A stretch of DNA of 64,000 nucleotides from Eledone cirrhosa (lineage: Eukaryota): contig OZ024741.1 of the NCBI GenBank assembly GCA_964016885.1, positions 198,028,001 through 198,092,000 of the forward strand. The letters are read 5' to 3'. Below are positions 36,578 through 50,105 of this stretch, piece after piece. The stretch's first letter is position 1; the number at the start of each line of letters is the position of its first letter. Both the position numbers and the translations under genes were made by a program. Below the pieces are notes generated by a model. That model did no database searches. It had not been told where the DNA came from and saw nothing but the letters and a program-made list of their open reading frames with translations.

Positions 36578-39500
36578 TTTCCTTTATTAACCACAAGGGT
36601 TTACATAAAGTAGACATTAAGTACAGTGCAGGACAATACAGGGCGGTACAAATGGGCATTTCTGCGTGTAAAAAACAAAAACAGAGGATGTAACAAAAAA
36701 ATAACAATGAAAAATTCCCCAATAGGGAGGAGACTTCGGAGGGACATTTGTGGAGAAAGCCCAGTAAAAGGCCACAGTGACCCTAACCACCAAGGCAAGT
36801 GCCCTCTCCCAGTTTTCCACCTTTAATTTACAGATACGTACTCAGAGTAGGCCCATTCACTCGGGCCATTATTGCTTCTCTCACCCATCTTTCAACAACA
36901 TGCTGGGAAGAGAGCACTTCCCTTTCTACACTGATTTTCCTTTTCAAATGAAATTTGAAAAAGTCAATCAGGGCATCACCGAAAAGGTAAGTGCTCGTCT
37001 TCAGCCCTTTCAAACGTGTCCACCATACTATCTCTTTCGCCATGGCCACCATACAAATAAAAACTGCCTGCCCTTCCCAGCTACACGCGACAGCAGGTGT
37101 TCGACATAAACCCACAAATCAGCAATTCTCGGACACTGGACGAGTGCGTGCAGGACGGTTTCGTCGCCCTGCGCGCATCTCGGACATGCCCGGGTGACGG
37201 CACCGCCATGCCTGTAGAGTTTATCCCGAACTGGCAAGGCTCCTCGGTAGCACTGCCAGGCCAGAGATATCTGGAAGTTGTCCATATGTCCCGGCCCGAA
37301 AGTCCTTCCGAAGAGATTGGCTAGTTGATTTTCGTCGACGCATAGAGTTTCCCCAAGTACGTCGTCGCTCTTCCCCTCCACTAATCCTCTATAGAACGCC
37401 AAGGTGGAGTTTCCACCGATCACATTGCCCGATCGGTCGAGGGCTGTGAGCGCCTGAAGACATTCCAGTCTCCAAGCGCTCCCTCTCGGTCTTTGCTTGA
37501 CCCAGGACTGCAGCTGCGTAAAGGAGACGAGCTGGGGAAAGACGTGTCTCGCAAACGGCGATCACACCTGATCACCGTCGAGGAAGAGGTGGAGATGTCG
37601 TAGCATGAGTGCGTGTCTGCGCATCATCAGCCACGGCATGCCCAGCCCTCTACGTAGCGGGTGTTGACAGCAGATGGACCGCCTGACCATCGGAGGGCGT
37701 CCCTTCCACAAAAAGCGAAAGAGCAAACGCTCCAGCGCAGTCAGGCGGGGCTTAGGACAAGGTACGACGGTCAGGCGGTAGTAGATGACGGACGCGATGT
37801 ACGCGTTAGCCACCTCCGCTCGACCTTTCGGGGGTAGCTTCCTCTCTGCCTATTTCTGGGTGAGAGAAGCCACCCTGCTTGTCACCTCGTCCCAGTTTTT
37901 GTCCGTCTGGAGGTCCGGACCGAACCAGACCCCTAGCAATTTAACCGGTCCGTCCGTCCAGCACCCGACGACGCTGTTGGACGGCATGGACCTGCCTCTC
38001 CAGGTGCTGAGCTGCAGGCCCACTGACTTTTCCTGGTTGATCATTGCTCCTGTCACCGCTTCGTATTCTCTTAGTGTAGTGCCGATCGCCTCGATGTGTT
38101 TGGCGTTCGACACTACTACATCATCCTATCGAAAGCTTTCGACTGATCTAAATTGATCAAGGACCCACTCGTGCCAGGTTCCATAGCTACACTCTCTACG
38201 ATGTATCGCATTAGGTGGATGTTGTCGTGGATGGATCTGTCGGCAATGGCGCTCGTCTGCGCCTCTCCCACCAGACCACCAACGACAAGCGCCAACCTCT
38301 TTGCTAGCACGTTGGCCAAAATCTTGAACTCTGAGTTTAGCAGAGTTATGGGCCTAAAATGATCTGTTATCCCCCTTCTTCGGATCCTTTCTCAGCAGCG
38401 CCACAGCTCCTTGGCTCACAGAGCTGGGAATTTTCCCGTTCTGTTGCCAGTTGCAGTAGACGTCCGCCAAGTGGCTTCCAAACAAGTCTGGCATTTGTAT
38501 GTAAAGTTCATAGGGCAGACCATCCAAACCAGGCGATTTACCCCTTGTGCAGCCAGTCATTGCCTCCCGTACTTCAGCGGCTGTTATCGGCTTTTCGCAA
38601 CACTCCGCCTCGGTGGCCGAGAGCCGCGGCAGTCCGTCGAGGTAAACACTAAAGTCCATCCCTCGATCCGGCCCGCCGCTGCCCCCGAACAGCTGTGCGA
38701 AGTGTCGCTGAAAAGCTTCACACATTTGCCCGGGATCGAGTAGCATGCGCCCGTCGTGGTCCATCAAAGACCGGGTCGTGGCTTTGTTTCCACGACGCGC
38801 CTCCGCCACTCTGGCCCATTGAACGGCTTTCGTCCCCTCGTGTCTGAGAGCACGCACCCTAGCTCTGACAACGCAGCCTTCGTGCTTTGCATTGAAGAAT
38901 TAGTCAAGGGCCAAATTCGTCGCAAGTACGTCGGTCGTGATGCCTTTGCTAAGCGCCTCGTCTAATTTTCTAACTAATTCTCCCTCTGCTCTATTTTTCT
39001 CTATTGCTAAAGCCTTACTAAACCTAATGGACTCTATTCTAATTGCTCTTTTCAGAGCAAACCACCACTTGTTGTTGACGATGCCCCCCGTCAACGCGCG
39101 CTTAACTAGTTTGCTAATCCGGTCTCTGTAGGCCTTGCGCGCTGGTAAGGACGCGTTTAGCTTCCAGTAGCCGGGTCCACGTCTATGAAGCCTATCTAAG
39201 TCAAGCACACAGATCACGAATTTGTGGTCCATGTAGCTGACTATCTTGAATTGTGGACAGCCTATGCTAGACCTATCTTTTTCCCTACAAAATACTCTAT
39301 CTAGATATTATCTGGATGACCCTATGCGATTTGTCCAAGTCCACATTGGCACATTCGGAAATCCAATCGGTACTTGTCAGACAGTTCAAAACGACTGAGC
39401 AGGTTGGTGAGGCTCTTGCACCCTCCTCCCCTATCCGCTGATCCCACACAGTCCCAGCGTGCATCTAAGATCCCGTTCCAGTCGCCCACTAACACTAGCA

Positions 39501-41624
39501 AGCGGGACGTTCCAAGAAAGGTCTCCAGACGCCGGAAGAAATCAGGCCGCCCTGCTCCTGTCGAAGCATAGACGACCACTAGCCTGAAAGCTTGCCCGTC
39601 TCCGCTGGTCACGTCCAGCACCACCAACCTACCTTCTGGGTCCAGGAAGATGGCCCGTATGGCGAGATCCAAACCTCTCCGATCCAGGACGGCTGGGAGA
39701 TGCGTACACATCGTAGCCGCCGAAGATCGGTGCGAAGGCCCGTGCTTCGCAGATTCTGGTCTCGCTGATGGCCACTACATCTATGTTTAGTGACCTGAGG
39801 TCGTTGAGCAGGTGGCCCTGCTTCCATGACGACCCCAAGCCACGCGCATTTATGCTGCCTATTCTAGTGAGGTCATGTTGAAATGGAGTTGAAAAGATGG
39901 GAAAGACCACTTACCTTACTTCTCGTAGAGGAAGGATGGTTTCTCCATCCCTTTTCACTTGATCGTCTGGTGAAAGGACCGTTGAATCGTCCCTTCGGCT
40001 GGTCGTCGGCTCTCTGTGAGTATATCCGAATATACTCTCCGGTTGAGAGTCCCTCCTAGGTATCTGAAATCACCAACTGCGTTGGGGAATTTCGTTTTAA
40101 TGTTTGTGTATTGCTTCTGTGCTATTCTTACCAGTCTTATGTTCGTTGGTGTTTTGATTGGTGCTGGTATTATGTAGTCGTACTGTGAAAAGTCTGTATG
40201 TTCAATTATGTAAGTCATTAGTTTCTTGTTGGGTGTATTTATTGCTGTGCATTTGTTTTTCTGGGGGTGTGTGTGGTTCTGCTATTTTCTTGTCGTTGTT
40301 GTGTGTGTGTTTTATTGTTGTGTTTGCGATGTTGGTGCTTGTGTTGGTGGTGTTGAAGGTGTTGTTGTTGTTTGCGGTGGGGTTTTCCGCCGGTGGTGAT
40401 GGTGGTGCTAGTGTGGGTGGTGATGGTGTTGGTGGTGTTGCTGCTGTAAGTCTCTTTGCAGTAGCCTTTACCCTTTTTCATTTCTTTCCTCCCTTTTCGA
40501 AGGCGACGATGTGCTGCTTCTGCGATTGTGCCTTCTTGCGACTTTTTGCCATCCCTCTCCCACCTCACACTCCATGTCCGATTCTGTGAGGTCGGGGAGA
40601 GGTACGAGCTCCACTCTTTCACTTGCTGTTGGTGTTGTTTGCAGTGGAGTCTCTGTTGCAGCTGCAGTTGTTATTACTGTCGTTGTTGTTAATACTTACT
40701 CTGCTGCTGCTGTTCTTGATTTCCGTGGCATGGGTATGGGTGCCACGGACCTATCCTTCCTGATTGCCGCCTGTCCTGTTGCTTGTTACAGTGGAGCCGG
40801 TTTTGGAAGGAGGGGGGTTTTCTCCTTTCTCAGGGTTTTCTCATTGCAGATGGCCCTGAGGTGAATCTTCGATCCACAGCGAAAGCATTTTGGGCGTTTG
40901 CCCTCAACACTTATGGGCAGCTGAGTGCCGTTATCGAAGTCTATCAAATCTGGGATAGCTTCGATGCACTCCTGGTTGGTTTGGATTAACATTTCAATGG
41001 AGGTGCCGACCCAATCTTCTCTTACTTTTTTCTGTACTTGCAGTACAGTTGTTTTGTCCTCGATTCCGACGAGGACAGACGCGGCCAGCCAAGAAGGGGC
41101 CATCCCGGGGGGGGGGTCAGTTTGACCCTCACAATTTTTTGTCCGCAGTAGGAGGGCACCAACACCATTTCCTCGCTCTTTAGGGTCACTAAGGATTGAG
41201 CCTTTGCCTCCTGCGGTGTGGCAAAAAGCACGTCCACGGTGGCATATTTCTTGCCGCGGGTGATATGCGTTTTCCGCTGCCACACAGACCCTAAGGCTTT
41301 TTGTATTTGAGCCTCTGTGGCTCTTTCAACCCTACGGGATTTTGTGCTTACTGTACGGTACGTGACCGTACAGTGCTGTTGGGTTTCGAAAAATTGTTCG
41401 GCTGCCTTGCAGATTGCTCGGTGTCCGGTTTTCGTCACCATCTTCTTTGCTTCCTGTAATTCCTCATTTGTTATGAGGATCGTTTCCAGGTTCTTTGCGA
41501 TACCTGCAAACGAGATTGGTTTTTCTTTCTTGTTGTTGTTGTTGTTGTTGTCGTCAGAGCTGCTGTTACTTTGTTGTTGCTGCTGGTACTACGACTGCCG
41601 CCGCCGCTGTTGCTGTGGTTGTTG

Positions 41625-41666
<42 letters not shown>

Positions 41667-42265
41667 TTGTTTATGCTGCTGCTGATGCTGTTGCAGCTGC
41701 TACAATTGTCTTCCTTGTCACTGTTGCTGCTGCTGCTGTTATTACGGCTGCTGCTGCTATTCTTCATGACGTCATACGAATGAAATGGCTTTCCGTATTT
41801 ACTGCACACATTTTTCGTCGTTGTCGTCGTCGTGGAGAAATGTTCCACGGGATGCACGTGCTCTTGGAAACTATCAGAAACTATATTTTTCTTTTACTTT
41901 ACTGGCGTCGCTTGCGAAAGAGAAAGGAGGGAGAGACACATTTAGAGAACGGAGGGAGAGAGACAATCTTCTCTCTGATGTAGTGACGATTGAGGAAGAA
42001 GAAGACGGAATGAGAGGGAGCGACTTGTGAAAATTCTTTTTTGTAGCCATGTTTTTGGGGGGTTTAAAATGAATATTGGGCACAAAACCCCAATAAGCGG
42101 TTATTTAACCCCGAAGGGCCAAATAACGGGCAGAAAGACCCCTCTCACGAGGAGGAGGGTGTTTTTATCTACAATTTGGTTAAAGTTTTAAACAATTTAC
42201 AATTGTTATAGCGGTTAAAAATTACTACACCTTACAGAGCCGACCCTCCGTCAACCATGGCATTC
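36577..42265 (-). mobile_element. Tx1/L1-clade LINE copy 1, near full length, degraded
   Basis: ORF1 pieces with CCHC (CFRCGSKIHLRAIC); APE (SINARGL, SETR, GDWN, DH); RT (KSPGLDGLP, LDQSKAFDR; core deleted near 38120); C-terminal CPRC..ETVLH..C. (AAT)n on both sides. Confidence 0.88.
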
Positions 42266-42295
42266 AATAATAATAATAATAATAATAGTAATAAT

Positions 42296-43764
42296 GATTT
42301 CTTTATTGGCCACAAGGGCTGACATCAAGAAAAACATTACAGACGGCACAGGACGGTACAGGACGGTACGATGTGAGTTTTGTGCGTGTAAAGATTTTTA
42401 TTATTTATATAAGAAACGAAAAAGAAAAAAAAGACATAGAAACATATATATATAAACAATAAAAATGAAGATTCAAACAATGAAAAATTCCCCAATAGGG
42501 GGGAAACCTCCGAGGGTTACTCGTGGCGAAAACCACAAAAGATCACGTCAACCCTGACCACCAGGGCAACCGCCCTCTCTCAATTTTTCCATTCCTCAAA
42601 CTACAGGCGTATATTCAGAGCGGTCCCGTTCACTCGGACCATTCTCGCTACATTCACCCACCTTTCATCAAACTTGCTAGAAGGCAGCACTTGCCTCTCC
42701 ACCCTGATTTTCCTCTTCAAGTGAAACTTGAAAAAGTTAATAAGGGATTCGCCGAAGAGGAAAGTGTCTGTCTTTAACCCTTTCAACCTTGTCCACCACA
42801 CAATCTCTTTCGCCATGGCCACCAGCAGATGAAAACCGCCTGCTCTTCCTCCTCGAAGGAAGACGGCGAGACCATCTGCACAATGGACTCAGTCGATAAC
42901 CGGATCGGTCCAACATGCGACAGCAACTGTTCGACATGGCTCCACAAGTCAGCAATGCCCGGGCACTGAACGAGTGCGTGCACAACGGTTTCGTCGCTCT
43001 GCGCGCATCTCGGACAGGCTCGGCTGACGGCACTTCCGTGCCTGTAGAGCTTATCTCGAACCGGCAACGCTCCCCGGTAGCACTGCAAGGGCAGGGATTT
43101 CTGGAAGTTATCCATAGGCCCTGGGCTGAAAGTTCTCCGGAAGAGAGCAAACAGCTGATTTTCTTCGACGCCCAGGATCTCTCCGAGAACGTCGTCGCTC
43201 TTCCCCTCCACTAGTCCTCTATAGAACGCCGAGGTGGATGTTCCACCGATACTGGTGCCCATCTGGCAGAGGGCAGTGAGCGCCTGGAGACATTCCAGTT
43301 TCCAAGCGCTATCCCTCAGTCTTTTCCTGACCCAGGACTGCAGCTCCGTCAAGGAGACGAGCTGTGGGAAAACGTGCCTGGTGAACGGCGACCACACCTG
43401 TTCACCGTCAAGGAAGCACCAGAGATGTCGCAGCCTCAACGCATGTGTGCGCATCATCAGCCATGGCATGCCCAGTCCTCCACACAACGGTAGTTGACAG
43501 CAGATGGATCGTCTGACCATGGGAGCGTGTCCCTTCCACAAAAAGCTGAAGAGGAGGCGCTCCATTTTGGTGAGAGCTGGGCCGGGGCAAGGGACGACGG
43601 TGAGGCGGTAGCAGATGACGGATGCGATGTACGCATTCGTCACCCCCTCCGGCCTTTAAAGGACTGCTTCCTCTCGGCCCATTTCTGGGTGAAGAGGCCA
43701 CCTGCTCGTCACCTTGCTCGAGTTTTTCTCAGTCTGGAGGTCCGGTCCGAACCAGACACCGAGC
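42296..43764 (-). mobile_element. Tx1/L1-clade LINE copy 2 (related subfamily), 5'-truncated
   Basis: ORF 42783-43643 homologous to the copy 1 C-terminus; 3' end abuts (AAT)n; AATAAT at the 5' junction. Confidence 0.88.
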
Positions 43765-43769
43765 AATAA

Positions 43770-46700
43770 TGAAAATATTGTGTACAGTGCTCAGGTGCAC
43801 TACAACTCATCAAAAGTGTATGTATAGTACATAGAGTAATGTACAAACGTCAGTAAAATGAACAGTGCATGAGTCATGATATACACATGTGTGCATGTGT
43901 ATGGAAGTGGGGGACATTAGGTGTAGTTTTGGGGAATTTCGGGAAGCATGAGGGTTTTAAGGATGCAATATCTCGGCAGCTAACAACTGACGCAAGCAGT
44001 TTGTTCCATGCTTCAGCAACTCTAAGCGTGAAAATATGTTTCCGAAAGTCATGGGAGCTGTGCTGTTTTCTGACTTTGTAGGCATGTCCACATGGAGATC
44101 AAAAAGGTGCTCAGGGTATTTGTTGGCGAGATGGTTAATAACTTTGTGGGTGTTTACCAAGTCCATTGCCAGACGTCGGAGCTTCAATGAATCCATGCCC
44201 AGGGAAGCAAGGCGTTCAGAGCATGGTAGGTGTCTGATGGAGGGTATGCGCTTGGTTTCACGTCTCTGAACAGTTTCCAGGAGGTCAATGTTCTGAGCAA
44301 GATAGGGGTTCCAGACTGATGATGCGAATTCCAAGTGTGGTCGTACCATAGCTGTATACAGCTTTAAATAGATGGCTGGAGAGCGGCTAACAAAGGTCTT
44401 GCTGAGTGATGCCAAGACACCCTCGGCTTTCTTGACAATTTTAGAGATGTGCTTTGTCCAACGCAAATCGCTGCTGACAGTAATGCCCACGTCACGTTCA
44501 CAAGAGGACTTCTTGATATCAGTGTTGTGGAGGGAGTATGTGGACGCTGGATTTTTCCTCCCAAAATGCATGGTGGTACCCTTGTCCACGGCCAGCTTCA
44601 GTTGCCAGTCTGTGATCCATTGCTGCATTGTGTCCAGGTCTGATTATAGGAAAGAGTTATAGATATCAGGATCTGTCCTTTTGATTTCAAGGTATAGCTT
44701 GATGTCATCAGCATATTTCAGTACTGTGGCATTCTTTAAGCTGGCATCTATGTCATTAATGTGTGCAACAAACAAAAGGGGACTAAGAACAGATCCCTGT
44801 GGTACACTAGATGACATCTCATATGGTGAAGAATGCTGTCCTAGAATCGTGACTACCTCTTTTCGGCTGAGAATGAAGGATTTCAACTAGTTAAAAAGAT
44901 CATCTTTCACAACCATTGCAGAGAGTTTCGCCATAAGTCTTTTGTGTGGCACAGAATTAAAAGCCTTAGCGAAGTCAAGGTAAACAACATCCACCCATGA
45001 GCCGCTGTCAGTGATCCGGGTAATGTCTTCAAGGAACTCGATAAGCTGATCACAGCAGCTGGAGTTATGGATAAATCCAAATTGCGAGGACCGGATGAGG
45101 CTGTGAGAGATCCAGAAGTTCCAAAGTGTTTCTCTGACACAGGATTCCATCAGTTTGGCAATACAGCTAGTAAGACTGATTGGACGATAGTTGACAGGTG
45201 ACGTGCGGTCGCTCTTTTTTGAATAGGGGAATGACACTGGCAGTTTTCCACTGCTCCGGAGTAGCACCATTGTTGAGACAGTATTGAAAGAAGAAAGAAA
45301 GTTGGTGCAAAAGTACCCGCCACGTTTGAGAAGCAGGTATGTAACACCATCAAGACAAGGGGAGGCATAGTTGCGCTTATTTTTAAGGTGACGTCGCAGC
45401 ATTGCAAGTGTAAATTCCATAGTTGTTATGGAATTTGATGTTAGAGATGGTGGAGATGGTACATTCTGGTTTTCAACAGTAAAAATGCTTGCATAGCACT
45501 CAGCAACGAGTTCTGCGCATTCTTTGGGATCGTCAGTGATCTGGCTTGTGTGGGGATTGCGAAGAGGACCAACTGGAGAGTGAGGTCTCTGCTTTTAATG
45601 TACATATTTCCAGAACACCTTACTGTCAGGATTGGTTGCTATGCACTGTTCAAATTCAAGCATTGCCTTTTTTGTCACTTGCTTGAGATGGTTGGAAGAT
45701 CTATTCCGCTTTTTTCTGTTGGCATCTGATTTATGCAGTTTATATTCCCGTTCAGCGTTCCGACGTTCTTTCCTGGCAAGTAGGACTGCTGAAGTTTCCC
45801 AAATTGCACTTTTGGGGTGGTTTCTTTTTCTGCTTACGTGGCACTGGTGCTGCACACGCTATCCATATTGAGTCCAGGATGTTCTGGAGTATAGTGTCAC
45901 ATCTCCAGAGTTATAGAACTCATGCCAGTTTGGGCGCTGTAGCTCAGTGCAGTACAAGTTCCAATCTGCTTTCTTCCAATCAAAGCAAGCAGATTGGAGA
46001 TGGTTCTGGTTTTTGTTGCTGCCCGCAAGAGCCATAGCATGATCAGAGTCGCCTAGAGGTTCCTCAGTAGTACAACTGATAACCACTTCAGGAGTAGTGG
46101 TGAAGAGCAGGTCCAAAGTGTTATCACCTCTTGTTGGAGAGGTGACTACTTGTGACCAGTTTGAGTCCAGCACTAGCTCAAGGAAATCGTTTGCACTTTG
46201 TGGCCAACGGAAGGTTTCCCAATCGATCTCAATAAACACATGAGTGTCTGTTTTCCTGTCAGCAGCTCTGAGGATATCGCAAAGCTGTGTGTCCTGGTGG
46301 TAGTTTGTGGGGTGATAAACAAGACCAAGCAGAAATGTTGACATGGTCATACGTATGTCACAGAAAAAAACTTCGTTCAAATCAACGCAAAAAATTACCG
46401 AAAAATTTGAACGAACGTAGACCATCACACCACCACGGCGATTAATGCGGTCCTTGCGGAACAGGTTGTACCCAGTAATACTGAAAACCCCCTCACAGAG
46501 TAAGGAATGTACCCATGTTTCCGTGACTGTGATGAAGTCAGGGTCGATGCTTCTTACGTAGGAGTTAAACAGTTGTATGTTGTTGTATAAACTGTGAGCA
46601 TTTAAGGACAACAATGTGTACCCTGCTTGCAGTTTATGATGGTGTGTAGAGGATGGCAGGTTGTTCTGGTTTAGTTTCCCAGAGTTGTTGCAGTATTTTC

Positions 46701-47303
46701 ATTGCCGGTTATTGTGGGTAGAGCGCACTCAGACCAGTTGGTATCTCTCTTCCACGTTTCACCAGCCTTAACAAACCTGATCTGCCCATCATCACGCAGA
46801 TTAAAACTTTCATGTTGTGCTGAGTTCCGATTCAAGGAAGCTGCAGCACGTAGCTTTGGACGTATATCAGGTGATAGGCCTGGGCATGTTCGGAAGGTAA
46901 TCCGATTTTCACGCCCAGCTTTAACAGAGGCCAGATGATAGGAAATTGTCTCAGTGGGGTCCGAAAAAGACAGCCTGATGAGTCTGGGTTTTGTACCAGG
47001 TCGACCAAGGCGGAGAGCACCCTTTGGGGGAACACAGCCTAGGTCTTTGGCTGAGCTGGCAGCAAATGCCTGAAGATCAGCCTTGTCTTCTGGTACCCCA
47101 ATGGCAATTACTTCATGGGTAGCAGATTCCACGGTCTTCTCAGTGTGCCCAGATACGGCAAGAGGTACAGGGAGATTCTTTAGCAAGGCATTCCGGGGTC
47201 CTACACGAATGCTTGCTTTTAATCCTATTACTTCCCTTCTTAAAGCAGAAATCATTTGTTGCAATTCTGCAAAATCTGGACTGGTCGATTGTTGTTGTTG
47301 CTG

Positions 47304-47334
<31 letters not shown>

Positions 47335-47900
47335 TGTTGTTGTTGTTGCTGTTGTTGATGATGATGATGATGATGATGTTCCTCCACGGGAATGGTAAGG
47401 GAAGATACAGTCGTCGGTTGTTGGTGTCGATATGTACTGGGAGCAGAAGACATGGGTTGTTGTTTCTGATGTTCTTCCACAGCAGAAGCCAGTGTCATAG
47501 GTTTTTGCCGTTGTTCAATAACAACGGTAGAGGAAGATACAGTCATCGGTTTTTTTTGTTGTTGTTGTTTTTCAATAACATTGGTGAGGCAGGCACACAG
47601 GCCAGGCACTGAAAGGACCAAGATTTTAGCTGGACCATCTCCCAGAGTCCATCCATCATAGTAATATGATGTCTCTTTTTTGGGGCCTGGGATCCTCCGG
47701 AAGCCTGTGGCGCATTGAAGGCAGACAGAGATGCGACAGGTTCCACATTCGACCCAGCGATTACGGAACGAGTTTTCGGGTTCCGTACAAATATGGCAGG
47801 TGTGATTTTCTGGGCAATGTTCTATTTTGGAACATCGACCAGTTTTGTCGCATACTTCATCCATGGATATTACCATGGCAATTTTGTTATTTCTGCCCAT
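43770..47900 (-). mobile_element. CR1-group LINE, degraded ORF2
   Basis: APE (LNAHSL, TETW, LDLLF, SDH); RT (NYRPISLTS, YLDFAKAFNSVPH, VPQGSVLSPLLF, YADD); YTAMVRPHLEFASSVWNP. Confidence 0.88.
46671..47900 (-). CDS. CR1-type ORF1p: PHD-like Cys cluster, polyH/polyQ, coiled coil, RRM-like region
   Basis: CHIC..WVECGTC..VCLQCA; LQQMISALRREVIGLK; VIAIGVPE..RLG..KPRLIRL. Probable start at MGRNNK (47900). Confidence 0.7.
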
Positions 47901-49286
47901 CCGTAGAAAAACACAGAATGTAAACAATATAGGTTTAGCACACTTGATTACGATAGAAATAAAATGTTTGTTTTTTGTTTTGTTTTTTTTGTGTATTTTT
48001 GTTTCCGTTTTCCTAAATATTGTGTGTGTGTGTACAAAAGGATCTACGCAAGTATGCATAATTAAAAAAAAAGTATGTATATATATGTATATATATATAT
48101 AACCCATGTAAGCACGGGGAATAGATTTTAAACAAAAATGAAGTCAGTGGTTTTACTGGAGTTTACGATACTTTCATTATAGTCTCTCACACTAAATAGT
48201 GTGATTTATTTTCACTTTGTGTGTATGCTACATATAGATATGTGTGTATGTTGCTGTTTTATAGAGTTTGGATGTACTTACTGTCGTCCAACGTCGATTT
48301 GTTAGTTATTTTTTTTCCTCCCCTCATGTCCACACGTGGCGAAAAATATAGTTTACTTCATCAATAAAAGAAAAAATATGGTGAAGAAAGTTGTGATATT
48401 TTTCATACTGGTTTTACAAGTAAGGGAAAAGTTAAAGCTATTCTTAATAGTGGAGTTTGCAATCCATCTGACGTGTGATATTAGCAATTCTAGCTGACAG
48501 TATTATATTGAGATGGGACCACAATTTCTTGCGTCCATCCGAGAGATATGTAAAATCCAGAGATATGTAAAATCCAGACCACGGCGCCAAGTGTTAAACA
48601 AGTCTTGCGTTTTAAACAAGCCTTTTTCAAGGGTGTAGTAATATTTGTAGGGTGTGTAAAATAGTCACTAGTCTTGGTATTACTTTGGTCGAATTTATCA
48701 TCTTAGTAAACTGGGCTAAAGGAGAAAGTGGAGGAGGCAGGGAATGGTAAATGCATCTGGACAGGCAAGAGGTCAGGAGAAGGAAGTAGTGTGGGTCAGG
48801 ACAGGGATAGTTAGCTGGTGGGGGTGGAGTAGGAGGAGTAAGGGTATAATGGTCATCAGAAGTGGGTGGAGAGACAGAGGGTTCAGAGGTTGAAGAAATA
48901 TTTTAAAGAGAAGAATAAAATTAAAAATAAAAAAGTGGGTTTTATAGAAGTAAATGAGCAAATGGTTAAGTAAATCAGTAAGTAGATGAGTGAATAGGAT
49001 AAAATAAGATAAAATAGATGAAGTAAAATTTAAGAGTTTAAAAATAGGTAAACTGGATAATATGGGTGGGTAACCTGTGATAAAGGTATGTACTATGTGT
49101 GTACTGTGTGTATGCATACTGCATACACACAAGCACACACAACAGTATACTGGGAGTTTTAGAAGGTTTTACTTAGAAATGCATGAATAAATGAATCAAT
49201 TATTACTTCATTGAATGGGTGGGGTAAAATTTAGAGAGTAAATAAATGAGTAGAAGGATACATAAATGGATAAAATATGCACACCT

Positions 49287-49590
49287 CTTCTTCTTCTTCT
49301 TCTTCTTCTTCTTCTTCTTCTTCTTCGCTCACTTATTCCTGGGAGAGTCATGGGAGCAAAGTCTTCAAACACGCCATCCAGTGGGTCCTGTCAGCAGCAG
49401 CCATCTCCAGTTGACCTGGCTGGATCCCCAAGCGAAACCAGCCGAGCTTATGGATGTTATCTAACCATCTTGCTTGGGTTCTACCCGCCGAGTCTTCTGC
49501 CAGTTGGTTTTGCCCGTAAAATCTACCCTGCGATTCTTACCTGAGGCATTCTAACACCATATCCGTCGGACCAGAGCTGTGATCTATCAA
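49287..49590 (-). mobile_element. RTE-like LINE 3' fragment with (GAA)n tail
   Basis: Reverse-complement homolog of 21180-21450. Confidence 0.75.
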
Positions 49591-49632
49591 TTCTTCCTCG
49601 TTTGATTAATTCACATGAACATGAAGTTATTA

Positions 49633-50105
49633 CACCGATGACCTAGGTCGTTGTGTATTTTCAGTGATTACATATCTCGCTTGCATGAACTAAAATTGTA
49701 TTGCCTGATTTTATATGCATCCATTTATTACATAGCTATTGACATTTACTTAATCATCCTATCTTATTATATTCCCTCAGTAGAGCATTCTGGAGTTATT
49801 TTTCACTGCGTTCTGAGATAGCTATTATGTTATATATAAAATGACCGATTCGTTCCATTGTTCATTGCTGATCAATTTGTGTACCAATCACTCGTGATGT
49901 CAACAATTGCTATCTATTGTATGGTTAAACGAGGTGTCTTTTGTTCATCAACGACTGACAAGGGGAATAATAACCGAAATATCTACATGTCATACGCGGT
50001 AACTTGATAGATATTCCATATTTTCTTTATGTGGCATATTTTAGCTGTCTGTTTAAATACAATAAACATAAGAGAACATGTTGAGAACATGTTGAGTCAT
50101 CGGTG
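49633..50105. mobile_element. Candidate MITE with 10-bp TIR CACCGATGAC/GTCATCGGTG
   Basis: Perfect 10-bp inverted termini with CAC..GTG ends; no clear TSD. Confidence 0.35.

Noticed and set aside
48400-49140. Possible coding or PLE remnant with a 17-bp tandem duplication at ~48543-48577
   Set aside because: No recognisable motif in the frames translated.
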